Source: Diplonema japonicum (taxonomy: Eukaryota; Protista; Euglenozoa: Diplonemea). Taken from it: a DNA stretch of 64,000 bases. Both the position numbers and the translations under genes were made by a program. This document shows positions 45,751 to 58,223 of this stretch, one piece after another. Location of the stretch: the NCBI GenBank assembly GCA_964019335.1, contig OZ025713.1, positions 62,001 through 126,000 on the forward strand, given 5' to 3'. The notes below the pieces were generated by a model that ran no database searches, had not been told where the DNA came from, and saw nothing but the letters and a program-made list of their open reading frames with translations. Numbering within the stretch: position 1 is the first letter of the stretch; every line of letters starts with the position of its first letter.

Positions 45751-48507
45751 AAAAAAAAAAAAAGGAAAAAAGTTATTTGCTTACCGTGAACGGTGTTTTT
45801 TCTCAAAAAAAAGAGATTTTCAAAAAACACCAAAATAATTGTCGTATTTCTTTTTCTTCTTTTTTTCAAAAAATAAATAATAATGATAAATAGAAAACTA
45901 GAACAATCTTTTGTTCCCCCCTTTTCCTTTTTTCTTTTGTAATCATTCACTGGTGGAGGGTATTTTTTTTCTTTGTGGAAAAGTCATCACAAAGACAACG
46001 GGGGGGGGGGGGGGGGTGGACAATCAATATGTCTAGACCTGCTCTTCAGTCCTTTCCAGCAGAACCGAGGGCTTTCGTAACGAATTTACGGCATTGTTGT
46101 TGATTCAAAAAAGAAAGCGCTCCTTAAGGCGCTTTAAGCTTCTAAAAAAATGATTGTAGACTCAAGGCACTAGGAGGAGACCCTTCAAAAGAACAACTTA
46201 ACCACAGCTTAATAAAAAGAACTGGCGGTTTTTCTTTGTTTACAATTATGGGGGGGGGGGGGTGTAACAGATCTTCTTCTTCTCGTTCGCTTTCTCTATG
46301 ACCAAAACGTTACAAACCGTTACAAACATGCTCAAATCTTTTTTTTCAAAAACCCTATTTTGACGATCTGAGCCCATTCCAGCCATTAAAACCCAAAATA
46401 GAGCCTTATTTAAGGCCTTAAATGCAGTTTTGAAAAAACTGGTTTTCAGACCTGTGATTCTCCTGGATTTATGATTAACCCGACTGTGATCGAAAATCTA
46501 AAATTGCTCGGGTCGGGTTTCAAAACCCGAAGGTGATCGGTTAACCCTGGACACTATGTAATAAGTAAAGTAAACCCGAAGCCCGTTATATCAAAAGAAC
46601 GGCAAAAAAAAAAAAAAAAAACACAGGTTTGAGCTTTCACAGAAACACACGCTGACAGCCTCTCTCATATTATGTGCAACCTTTCACCTCTACCCGTACC
46701 AGTACCACTGGATAAGGTACGGAGCCGCCTAGTGCTGAAGACGCTGGACGCACTCCCCACCTTCAAAGGAGGGGTGTGCCTGTTCCCTGATAGCCGTAGT
46801 GGTGGAGGAGTCTTTGACTTTTCCGATTTATTCAGGGCACTGAGGGCACTGTAGTTGCTGTAAGCACTGCCCCCCATGAGGTCATCGTCTAGCTTCTCCA
46901 GAGACGCCACGGCACTGATCACAGGCAGCTCGGCCTCCATAGGTTGCAGGTCTTCTAGCATCACAACATCTTCACGCGCCACATCACCCTCCTCGATGCT
47001 GTTCCCGCAGCACAGGAAGTGCGCCACAAACGACCCCTTCCTCCCCTTCTCGTCCCAGACACAGTACTCGTCCACCACGAACACCACCAAGTCGATCACG
47101 AACTTCAGGAGGATCACATACACAATGACCATCGAGAGCTGTCCTGCAACACCTGCCGTCCAGTGGTCAGTGGGGTGGCTGCTTCCCAAGGCAACGGTGA
47201 TGAGGATCGTCACGACCAGCTCCATCCCCACCACACAGGTGTCCAGGAAGTTCTCGTAAGGTGCGATGTAAGGACGGAGAAGCAGAACCAGCAGCATCAC
47301 TCCCAGAATGGTCGCCGTGATCCCCGCCTTCGTCATGCACTGGTCTGAGTTCAGGGGTTCCCACGCCGACACAATCCCCATCAGGAAGGTGGTGAGGAGT
47401 TCCCAGCACAGGTAGTACCTGAAGATCCCAGGGCGGTAGGCATCGTACGATAGCCCGTTCAGCCCACACCACACACCGTCCCCCTCTTGTTTCTTAGACA
47501 CCCACTCCTGTTTTCCCCAGAAGGCCCACTGCAGGATCCCCCCTCCCGTGGGAAGATTATCAACCAGTGCTCTCCTTGGAACTGTCTTTCCTACTCTCCA
47601 AGCGTACACAGCGAACAGCCCAGGGAACACCGCCAGATCCACAGCAGCCAGCACCTTGAACCCCATTGTCGAGTAGAGCAGGGCGGCGAAGCACGACAGC
47701 ACCGACCCCCCGAACAGGAACTGAATCGGGATGAGCGACCACCCCACACGTGCCCTCGCAAGGATGTACAGTGTGCTCTCCCCAGGGTGCCGCGAGCGGA
47801 CGATCGTCACAGCGGTCCCTGCTGCCAGGACAAGTGCCACCTGCATGCCGACACTTCCCACCAGAGCCCCGTTCACCTCCTTGTTCACTCCAGAGCCAAT
47901 CGTGAGCCCCAAGGGGCAGTGTCCTGTCCAGCTTCGTCGTCCCATCAGAGGGACACAGCATCATGCGTTGAACGAGGGATGCCCGCACCAAAGCGGGGCC
48001 TGCCGATGCAGAGGCCGGTACAGCAGCAGCCACCACTGTCACAGAGGCCGTCGCTGCCGCCGTTGTTCCTTCCAGCTGTTCGTGGTTCGGGAGGATGTTC
48101 GCTTCTCCTTTCATCTGCACTGTCACCTTGCACCCCACCCCGCACTCACACTCCATCCCGTCAGCAGCATTCCCACATACAAACGAGCTGCTCGCCCTAA
48201 AAAGCTCTTCCCTCAGGAGAACGGCCACCACCTCACCCTTCCCCTCGAACCCTGTGTAGTTCCCGTCTCGTATCATCAGGTCTACCCCGTCACGACCATC
48301 GCTCACCTTCGCCGTTACCGCTTCCTCGTTCTGCTTGCTGGATGCCACGAACCCCACCCCTGCTGCATCAGGTGCCTTGTCAGTCTCCAGAATCACACAC
48401 GCCCCCCCACCACAGGTCACAGGGGGTGTTCCCCCAAGCACCCGGCCACCGCGACCACTGCCACTATTTCCAAAGGTCATGGACCCCCCAGGCCAGATGA
48501 GAACTAC

Positions 48508-49095
48508 ATATATATATATGAGTTAAAGGAAGTCTTTGTGAGACGCCCCCTTGTTCTCATCTTCTACCTGCACCTATCCCCTTTCAGCAGCGGGTTCTCC
48601 TCCTTTGGTGGTCTTGCCGGCCTTCTCCCCAGCCTGGCCGCTCTTTCTCTTCGTTCTCTCGCCCATTGTCCTTTCAATGCCTCTAGGTCATGCTTGGTCT
48701 TCGGTGATGCAAATATCGCCCTCCTGTTCCATCCGATCACCGCCTTTGTCCTCCCGATGGATCGTAGTGTGTGCACCCTTGTGCTCGGCTCAGCTGGGAA
48801 GGCCCTCCTTCCTTTCACCTTCTTCAGTACCCTCCCTAGCTCCCATGTGTGCCAGATCTTCTTCATCAGTCCAATCTCCTCGCTTTCTGCTGTACTTCTG
48901 CGAGATCCCCCAGCTTCCCTCCAAGGGTCTTCCCGGTCACGTTCTCGAAATCCAGTGCCAGCTCCACCGTCGACACTGACGTGTTTCTGCTGCCTGCATA
49001 CCAGCGCAGTTGCCGCATCCACCTCAGCACCTCCTTCGTGTACTCCCGTAGGACATCCCCTGCCGGTAGCTTGCCGAAGTCCTTGTCCGACGGTT
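48508..49095 (-). mobile_element. 588-bp LINE 3' fragment (family C) with a 10-bp target-site duplication
   Basis: tgagaactac at 48498-48507 and 49096-49105. Removing the insert restores GVPLLVVLIWPGGS, as in the paralog. Encodes VSTVELALDFENVTG. (AT)n tail. Confidence 0.95.
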
Positions 49096-50169
49096 TGAGA
49101 ACTACTAACAAAGGAACCCCGGAACCGTATTCCAAGAGCCGCCCGAGGAGACGGAAGCGAATGGTCCCTCCGTCCCCTCTGATCACATCCCCAGTGAAGC
49201 GCTCCGGATGGATCCTACACTGGAACCTCTTTCCATCAGGTGAGGCTGTGACAGGAGGGGCCGCAGTGGGAAGTGCTGTGGGAGGGATCGCTGTTGCTGG
49301 AGTAGAAGTGGGAGTCTGTGTCGGGGTGAGGGTGGCGGGTGCTGTTGTGGGAGGTGCATCGGTGTTGGGGACGAAGGTGGAGGGGGGCACTGTCGGTGGG
49401 GAAGACGTCGGGGGCTGTGTGAGGGGCACCAGGGTGGGGGGTGCTGAGGTAGGGGGTGCCACCGTTGGTACTGCTGTGTCTGGTGTCACCGTGGCAGGTG
49501 GCTGCGTATCGGGCACAAGAGTTTCAGGGGCTGGAGTTCTTGGTGCCAGTGTGGCAGGCTCAAAAGTGTCAGGTGCGATGGTTATAGGAACGAGCGTGTC
49601 CGGGCTAGCAGTGGCAGGAACAAGTGTCATTGGGGCGGGGGTACTGGTTGCTGATGTCGTACCAGGAACGAGTGTGTCTGGTGCTATTGTATCAGGAACG
49701 ATCGTGGGTGGAGCTGTGTCAGGAGCTGCTGAAGCTGGGAAGGGTGTGCTCGGAGCAGACGTATCTGGAAACGGTGTCGACGGGGCAGCAGTGTTCGGTG
49801 GCGTTGTGTCAGGTGCCGTAGTAGGGACCGCCGTGTCAGGCGCAGGGGTCGGAGGTGCCACTGTGGTACCTGGTACCAAGGTGTCAGGGGCACTTGTCGC
49901 AGGTGCAGGTGTATCAGGTGCAGCAGTGCTTGGGGCCAGCGTATCAGGAGCTGTATTTTCTTTCTTATTTACAGGAACTCAAGAACTATGGCAATATGTT
50001 TACGAGATAAAAACCTCCGAAGTTACCGTAAAAATTAAATAACAACGTGTAGTCCTTAATGGCCAGTGCAACCGAAGAAAATGCCATGTTTAGAAATGTT
50101 CAAAAAAAAATATCCTCATACCAACAGTATCTGGAGAAGGGGTCTTAGGAACCGGTGTAAACGGTGCAC

Positions 50170-51230
50170 TAGTAGCAGGAGGCTGCGTGGCAGGAGCTTG
50201 AGTAGCTGGAGGCTGTGTGGCAGGCGCCTGAGTAGCAGGAAGTTGTGTTGCCGGAGCCTGAGTGGCAGGAGCTTGTGTAGCGGGAGCCTGTGTTGCTGGT
50301 GGTTGCGTGCCGGGGGGCTGCGTAGCAGGTACTTGCGTTGCTGGAGCCTGTGTAGTAGGAGCTTGTGTTGCTGGAGGTTGCGTAGCAGGAGCCTGTGTTG
50401 CTGGAGGCTGTGTGGCGGGGTGTGTGGCAGGAACTTGCGTTGCCGGAGATTGTGTAGCAGGTGCTTGTGTTGCTGGAGGTTGCGTGGCGGGGGCCTGCGT
50501 GACAGGAGCTTGCGTTGCCGGATATTGTGTAGCGGGTGCCTGTGTAGCTGGAGGTTGTGTCGCTGGAGGCTGAGTGGCAGGAGGTTGCGTGGCGGGGGAC
50601 TGTGTGTCAGGTGCTTGCGTTGCCGGAGGTTGTGTAGCAGGTGCCTGTGTTGCTGGAAGTTGTGTGGCGGGGGACTGCGTGTCGGGAGCTTGCGTTGCCG
50701 GAGGTTGCGTAGCAGGTGCCTGCGTTGCTGGAGGTTGTGTGGCGGGGGTTTGCGTGGCAGGAGCTTGCGTTGCCGGAGGTTGTGTAGCAGGAACTTGTGT
50801 AGCTGGAGGCTGTGTGGCAGGAGGTTGTGTTGCCGGAGCCTGTGTTGCCGGAGGTTGTGTGGCGGGGGCCTGCGTGTCGGGAGCTTGCGTTGCCGGAGGT
50901 TGCGTAGCAGGTGCCTGAGTTGCGGGGGCCTGCGTGGCAGGAGCTGGGTTGCTGGAGGTTGTGTGGCGGGGGCCTGCGTGTCAGGAGCTTGCGTTGCCGG
51001 AGGTTGTGTAGCAGGAGGTTGTGTCGCCGGAGCCTGTGTTGCTGGAGCTTGTGTATCGGGAGCCTGTGTTGCCGGAGGTTGCGTGGCGGGGGCCTGTGTG
51101 GCAGGAGCTTGTGTTGCAGGAGCCGGTGTTGCTGGTGGTTGAGTGGCGGGGGGCTGTGTAGCCGGAGGTTGCGTAGCTGGAGGCTGTGTGGCTGGGGGCT
51201 GCGTCGCCGGAGCCGGTGTTGCAGGGGCGC
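50170..51230 (-). repeat. 15-bp coding minisatellite (ATQPP/ATQAP/DTQAP mucin-like stalk)
   Basis: Periodic gcagg/gctgg/gccgg-agg/agc-ttgtgt units. Confidence 0.9.
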
Positions 51231-52420
51231 TTGTGGGAATCGCTGTAGGGGGGGCATCGGTGGGGACGGCTGTGGGATCTGGCGCGTTTAAGTCAATAAC
51301 CTGCAGGCCTTTCTCAAAGTCCGTGACGTAGACGTACGGCTTGTCGAGCACAAGCCCCTTAGGCTTGCCAGGCGTCTTGACGATGCTCGTGAGTGAGAGG
51401 GTGGCCTTATTGGACGCGTCGACAATGGCCAGCCCGCCTTCCCCGTTGTTGGGACCTTCACATGCCACGTAGATGGTGTTTGTGGGGGGGTCGAAGACAG
51501 AGTCCCTGCATTTGAGCCCAATGGCGAGTTCCCCGACGAAGGTGGGGGCCAAAAAATCTGTTGTGTCGAAGATGTGCACCCCGCCGCTCCAACCGCTGCT
51601 TCTCTTCTCCGAAGCGATAAATATAAATTCATTATAGCTTGATACGCCGTGGCCCTTCCCGTTGAACGGAGTAGTTGATTTCTTGCGCAGCTCCACAGTG
51701 GGGTTAGAAATGTCGCCGATCAAGATACTGCCGTCTAACACACAGTAACAAAGCCCACGGGAGAAGTCAACGTTGAAGCCCAAGCCCTTGAGGATGGTGC
51801 TGGAGCGGGCGATACTGGGCACGTCTGATGGTGTCAAGGTAGCACTGGCAACGGCCAACTGCCCTCCCATGATGAGACGGTTATTAGTCTCGTCATAGTA
51901 CGCGTGCTCCATCCAGTTAAAGTCGCACTCATGTAGCATAACCATGGGGTTCATGGTAATATCGAAGACTCTCACCTTCCCGCCTCGGCATGGTACCTAC
52001 ATCCTTGTTCTTGCACTGTTCGTAGCCACCTGCCCGGGCCTGTCTGAATCCGAGTCATGTTTCTGCAGTTGCACTGGGCTGCTAGGATTTGAAACGTCAA
52101 TGATCTCAAGCCCGTTCGCCGCTGCGTGCGACACAAACACAAGGTCCCCGTTCTTCGTGATGAACTCCGCCCTTGGTGGCGAGTAATCGTTTGTGTTCCC
52201 GATGATCGCCGCTGTCTCTACATCCTGCAGCAGAAAGAGGATAAGGGCGTATAAAAAAGAGAGCTTTCTCATCTTCACGACCATGGGGTGGGGGGTGGGG
52301 GGGGGATAACCTGTGAAAGTTCTTGTTGAACAGAAACAACACGTCGAGAAAAGGAAAAAAAGGCTTGGGGGGTCTATCTCTTGATACTCCCTGGCTGCAC
52401 CTACTACAACTTCCAAATTT

Positions 52421-52883
52421 TTATTCTGTGCTGTTTGTGTCACGACCGCAAAGTACTCCAGCAAGGTCCGCTCCCTTGCTCAGCCGCACTGTTCTCGTGG
52501 CTCCCGTTCTTGTTCATCAGCATCACTGCTGCGAGCGAGTTCAGAGCCTCAGAGTGAGCTGTGGGTGACAGGTTGGCACAGCACAGCGACACCACCTACT
52601 CGTTGTGCTCCAACTCTGCCGCCGCCTGAAGAACTGTCTTCCCGTCCACAACAGGCATTGCCATGCTGAGCGGGTAGACTGCAAGCCTTCCTTCACGTGT
52701 CACCGGATGGAGTTCAAGGGCAAGCCTGCCTCAGTGATCGAAGTCGATTTCCTGCAACTCCACCCCACGCTGCTGCTCTACCTCGCCAACTGTCCACGCA
52801 GCTCCGCCGCTTCCCACGCTGTTTTAAGGAGGCGACGTCAGGGCCTTCGCAGCCTGCACACCAGATCCCGCTGTCGTTGCCAT
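52421..52883 (-). pseudogene. Internally deleted remnant of the ART-ankyrin gene
   Basis: Colinear matches to 37828-37862, 39422-39685, 39781-39820 and 40975-41115. Both the ART domain and the ankyrin array are missing. Confidence 0.85.
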
Positions 52884-53466
52884 GTTGGTTCCTGTGTATT
52901 CTTGCAGTGGGGCATGTGGTGGTGCAAATACCAACATCAAGAGGGTAAAAAAAAAAAGAAGAAAAGAGAGGGAGAAAAAAAATAAAAGAGAAATTTAAAA
53001 AAGAAAACAAAAATGTTAAAAGGCTGAGTTCTCGAATTGTGTTCACAAAATCAAATAAGTTTGTCGTCTTCCTGGTTATTCTTATTGGCTTGCTCCCCTG
53101 CGTCACCTCATAACAGGGCGATTTGCTGCAGAAGAGCAAAAATCAAAAAGGAAGAAGAAAAAAAAAAAAAAAGAGACATTTAACGCCAAGGTGACACAAG
53201 ATAAACTAACACCCGAGTATCCGCGGGCATTTGTTCGAAGAAAAGAAAAAATGAAAGAAAAGTTAAGTTTTAGGAAGTAACCAAGATCAAGAGTAGGGAG
53301 AAAGAAGAAATGAGGGCGGTGGGGGGGGAGGGGAGGAAACGGGTCCCGTTCTTCTTTTCTCTTTAACTGGCCGGCCTCATTTTCGTAAATAAAAGGAGGG
53401 CGCAACAAAATAAAAGAAGGGTTAGGGAGGGACTCGTTCTCGTTCTCTTTTCTTTTCTCTGTTACA

Positions 53467-54798
53467 TCAACGTGACCACCCATGACCCAGCGCAACACAG
53501 GCGAGTAGAACACCATAAAGGAAAAATACAACTACAACAATATACATTTCGCAGGCCAAGAACACCTGCTGCATGAACCTCCTGCAAGACAGCAAAAGAC
53601 TATCCTCTTGTACACATTGTGAAGGTACGACGGCGTCACCAATATGGGGTGCTTTCACCGCTCGTGCACGCTTTCCCCTCGTTACCCTCGGACGGAAAAA
53701 GATTGCATAAAGGGGACGCACGCAATATGGACCCCTCTGTTCCCCATCACCAACGGTGATAACGCTGCATAAAATCACGAACCTTTTCCTGTTGTTCCCA
53801 TATATGGTCTCGGGGGTGCTCGAAAAGGACAAATCCGAGATGTTTCTCTTGCACTCCAAGAACAAGGCTAGTTCCGAGGCGGGGAGGAACGTGTTAAGGT
53901 ACAGGTGCCTCTCTTCGACCTCCCCTGTCGCGCGGAGCCCGTAGTACCTCACAAGCCTTTCGTAAGTCCACTCTATCCTGCTGATGGTTACATCTGATGC
54001 CTTTAAGTCCTTCTTCAACTGAATGAGCATTTCGTGAAATGTCCCGTTACGCGGCATGCTTTGCAGGGCTTTGGAAACTGCAGAAAAGTGGCGTGGGTGT
54101 GCTTCGTGAAACCGGAGCTTCGCTGGCGGGAGATCTTCCTCATTAATCATCGCAGAGGTTACACTATCAAGACTGGCGAGCCACGCTGGGATCGACGCTT
54201 TATGGGATTCACCCATATCCCTGAACTTAATGAGGAGCATTGGCAATGCCATGACGGTGTTCCTTTTGGTGTGCACTATATGGAAACGCTGGTCAGGAAC
54301 ATAGGTGGAATGGACCCCAGGTGTGCCAATGAGCAGCTTACAGTACAGCATATACTCTCCACAGTACGGCACGGCTGACTTGGGCTTTGCTGAAAAGTAC
54401 TCGCCTTTTCCGTGGGCTTGGGCGTTGCGTTGTAAAGTATCGAAGCCGTTGTTGGTGATCCCGTCGATGTTCATCTCTGTTGTCCCGTGGTAGCCGTGGC
54501 TTATGTCGAGGTACTCTCCTTTCATGTGGGACAGCCAGGCTTGGGTTTCGTTGAACCTCTGCTCCAGTTTTTTGTTGTTGATTTTCCATGCTTTTAGGAT
54601 GTCGTGCCCCCAGGAGCCCCCCCAAGACGCCTTCAGATCTTGGAAATCTTCGGGGCGTTGTATGCGTTCGAAGCTTGCCACTACTGGGTTTTTCGTTGTT
54701 GCTGCTTTTTTGAGGGGTTTGGGAGTCTTATGGATGAGGTGGCTCTTCGGGCACCTTGTTGTCGCCTTCTCTTCCACTTTTAATGCAACAGCGTTCAT
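53467..54798 (-). CDS. PARP-like (H-Y clade) ADP-ribosyltransferase domain protein with a probable second degenerate PARP-like domain
   Basis: GYHGT...I..NGF, HGKGEYFS, SAVPYC, MLYCKLLIG, ALPMLLIKF. Second block RHLYL..LSFSS..FVILCSV..VRPLYAIFF. 3' end uncertain. Confidence 0.8.
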   Translation of the reverse strand: MNAVALKVEEKATTRCPKSHLIHKTPKPLKKAATTKNPVVASFERIQRPEDFQDLKASWGGSWGHDILKAWKINNKKLEQRFNETQAWLSHMKGEYLDISHGYHGTTEMNIDGITNNGFDTLQRNAQAHGKGEYFSAKPKSAVPYCGEYMLYCKLLIGTPGVHSTYVPDQRFHIVHTKRNTVMALPMLLIKFRDMGESHKASIPAWLASLDSVTSAMINEEDLPPAKLRFHEAHPRHFSAVSKALQSMPRNGTFHEMLIQLKKDLKASDVTISRIEWTYERLVRYYGLRATGEVEERHLYLNTFLPASELALFLECKRNISDLSFSSTPETIYGNNRKRFVILCSVITVGDGEQRGPYCVRPLYAIFFRPRVTRGKRARAVKAPHIGDAVVPSQCVQEDSLLLSCRRFMQQVFLACEMYIVVVVFFLYGVLLACVALGHGWSR

Positions 54799-55270
54799 TT
54801 TTCTTTTCTTTTTAACCGATAAACAACCTTTTTTTGTGAGGGGTGGGGGTGAGCTTCTTTTTTTCTTCTTTTGAACGAGAAAAATAATAATATATATAAA
54901 TAAAAAAAAAAAGAGGGTCTTTTCTTCCGGAGCCAAGGAGCAAGGGATAACGTGGGAAAAACAAAAAAAAAAAAGAAGCTGCAAGACAGAAGACAAAGCG
55001 GAGCAAGAAGGGGAAAAGAGGTGCAAAACAATGCGAATGGGAGAATCGAATAGGAAAAAAAAACCTTTTTTTTTTGAAAATCTTCTCGATCCATATCTTT
55101 AAACAAAAAACCAGTTGTTTCTTGGAATCTTGGTGGAGAAAACCTGCTATACATGCCCCCCTAGGGCTGTGCTTGTGCTTTTTTAAGATGAGGGTAGAAT
55201 CAATAAAATTCTTGTTGCCAACGGGTTTCAGAGATATGGAAGCGGTAGTTCTGGAAAGAAAAAAAAAAAA

Positions 55271-55311
55271 GAGAGACATTTAAGGGTACCTGCGGTATAG
55301 GCAGGACGCCC
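55271..55311 (-). mobile_element. Orphan LINE 3'-terminal stem-loop, family A' (second copy 55881-55920)
   Basis: gagacatttaagggtacctgcggtat(gt)g.caggacgcc matches 24269-24306. Confidence 0.85.
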
Positions 55312-55848
55312 AAAAAAAAAAAAAAAAAAAAAAAAAAAAACGGCTTTGATTGCAATCACTAAGTGGCGTTAAGTGTGCATCGAAGCACGAACTGTCTACT
55401 TGATTACAGGGGGCACACCGCGGCCGTAGCTTCTTCTGCGTTAATGCGTGCGGTGTGCAGCTCAACCCCAGCGGCGTCACGGGTAACCAAGATTCTGCGC
55501 TCGTGCAGTTTGCTGCCTGTTCGTCACCCGCATCTGCAATAGGTTCTTCCACTCGGGTGCTACCGGTGATGACCGACGAGGAGGTCAACACATCTGATGT
55601 ACTTCTTTATATTTCCATGGTTATCCCTACCTTAAAAGAAAAGAAAAATTCAAAGAAAGTAACATAATTGTCACTTTCAAGAGAAAAAAAAAGAAGAAAA
55701 AAAAAAGCTGCTGCCTTGCTAAATAAAAAAAAAAGAAGCGTATCAGTTCAATATTTGCTAGAAAGGAAATGATTTCTGCCAGGGGTTCAAACAAGCATAT
55801 TTTCTCCAGTTCACACACGGAGGGGCCTGTTCTTTACCCGTATTTGGA

Positions 55849-55883
<35 letters not shown>

Positions 55884-56743
55884 ACATTTAAGGGTACCTG
55901 CGGTATGTGACAGGACGCCTTAAATATGGGCTACGGGGCCTAAAAAATCTTTTTTAAAACTAAAAATACGAAATTTCTGGTAGTACCAGTTAACGGAAAG
56001 AAGAAAATATAAACACACACACACAAAAAAAACATTTCTTACTCTCTGACCCGTATCAAAAAAGATGAACTGAAAGTCCCCTTTTCGATGTAAGGTTAGA
56101 CGGGGGCGGGTGGGGGAACAACAAAAGAGTACCCGAGCTTAACTGAATTGTCACATCACTTTGCCAAAAAAGTGCACAACACACCACCGCTCCAAGGATC
56201 TCTTCTTTTTCTTCTTCTTTCTTTTTTTTTTCTTTTTCCTTCTTGTTTGGTTCAAATTGGGGCAGAGTAGCTACTCAATGAGAATATGAGAATAAAATGA
56301 GAAAATGCGTCGGGCTTCTTTTGTTCTGGAGCCCACGATTGGAAATAAAATGTTCTTTTCTTTTTCTTTTTTTTTTTTTTTGTGCGGTATTTCTTGTACC
56401 TTTAATAGAATAGTAGTACCTCTTCACGCCCCCTTTTTTTCTTTTTTTTCTTTTTCTTTTTTCTTTTGCCATCAACTAGTTTTTTCTCAGAAAAATAGAG
56501 GCATTAGTGGCCACTGGGTTCCACAAATGGAGTTTTTTTTTTTTTTTTTTTCTCAATAAGAAGAATTATTTATTTTTATTTTTTTTTTAAATTTTTTCTT
56601 CTTTTGATTCTCTGATTTTTTGTCAGCAGAATAATTCAAGGGATTTTTGTTTGTACGTGCCGGGTAAAACCTGGAGAAGTTTGTCAACCGAAACACGTTG
56701 CCAACGTTCCCCTTTTGTTTAGACAAGTCAAAGACTCGTTCTT

Positions 56744-56799
<56 letters not shown>

Positions 56800-58223
56800 A
56801 GGCGAAAGTCATCTTTACCTGTTAGGGGAAAGGGATAGGGAAGACATAAAGAGAAGTTTGATCTTTTAACGTCAAGGGGGCAAATCGAACAACGCTCCGA
56901 GTGTACTATAAAAGTACAAAGAAATATATAGGAGTTAAAGGATGGCTGGTGTGTTGGCGGCGCCCTGCACAAGAACTTTCTACCTGATTACAAGGGTAGC
57001 TTCTTCTGCGCTCAGCATCGTCGCTCACATCTGATGTACTTCTTTAAAAAAGAAAATAAACCTCTGTGGTCCCGTAAAAGTGGAGAGATAAAAGGAAATA
57101 GGGAGAGGTGAGAAAACTAAACCCGCAAAAAAACTGGAGAGGATATGGTTGCAAATGAGAAAAGGGACTCTCCAGGGGTTGTTCTTAGTTGTACGAAAAA
57201 AAAAAAAAAAAAAAAAAAAGAAAAGCAATATGGAATAGCTATTTAAAAACCTCTGGCCAGCCCTGCTTAGGCGAGAGTGCAGCACTATGCTCTCTAATAT
57301 CATTGTAAAAGGAAAAACACTCTGTCTGTGTATGTGTTTTAGATTCCTTTGGAAAAAGAAACGAAGAAAAAAAAAACAAGTAGGTTCGTCTTGTCTTTCT
57401 TTTTCTCCGTTCCTGAAATTATGTTGAAGCACACGATTTTTTTGAGGGGGGTGTTGGTAGGGGGGGATTTAAAAAAAATAGGATTTGGTTTTTTTTTCTT
57501 TTTTTTTTTCTTCTCTTCTTTTTTTTTTCCCCCAACGCCCCTTTATTTCTTTACCTCATTCAGTGCCAGCAAAGAGAAAAAAAAAAAAGAAAAAAAAAAA
57601 GAGAGCATAAAAAAAAAAAAAAAGGAAGAAAGACGAGATAAAGGAGGTTGGGTCCTGCCTGAGCGTCTACCCTAGTCGGCTCTCGGGATTTCTTTCTGAA
57701 GGCAGAACTTCTCGGGTACCATACCTCTGCTGTCAGAGTCATATATATACGCCTTTACATCCCCCATTGTCTTTTTGTAGCGTTCTCGCGTTTATGAGAA
57801 TAGTCGGTTTTTGAAGAAAAAAAAAAGGAAAAAAAAAAGCCCCAATTAGATGACGGTACGATTTTCTTTTTTTTTTCTTCTTCTTCTCTTTCTCTTTCTT
57901 CTTCTTCTCTTTTTTTTTCCCCTTCTTTTTTTTTTTTTTTTCCCTTTTTCTTTTTTTTAAAAGAGCACGACCGTAAATATCAACCGGGGGGGGGGGGGGG
58001 GGACTGGTAAAAAAAAAAAAGAATTTAAAAAAAAAAACTTATTTGTAAATACATCACTCAGGTGCTTTTGTTTTGTCTTACTTTCATTATTTTCTTTTTC
58101 TTTCTTCTTTCTTTTCTTTTTTGTACAAAAAAAAAAAAAAAAAAAAGCCGAGTGGAAAAAGCATAGCAAAAAATAAAAAAGATAAAAAGCATTTGAATAA
58201 AAATTCTTTGTTTTTTCTTTATT

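Larger units (their letters stand above)
46665..52284 (-). pseudogene. Disrupted LVIVD-propeller / Pro-Thr-Ala stalk / multipass receptor, paralog of 58224-62249; intron 49951-50121
   Basis: In-frame TAG at 51997-51999 where the paralog has Tyr. Frameshifts in the stalk near 50945 and near 47920. LINE insertion at 48508-49095. Confidence 0.8.

Noticed and set aside
48498-49105. LINE insert being spliced out as a new intron using GTAG in the TSD
   Set aside because: The available GT/AG pairs in the TSD would remove 1 or 4 extra nucleotides and not restore the frame.
48849-51331. Long plus-strand ORFs (VAGACVAGG and similar), also 47731-49098, 58560-60029 and 59863-61305
   Set aside because: Antisense shadows of GC-rich or repetitive minus-strand coding sequence.
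51997-51999. In-frame TAG as stop-codon reassignment or read-through
   Set aside because: TAG ends other intact genes here, and this gene has several other lesions.
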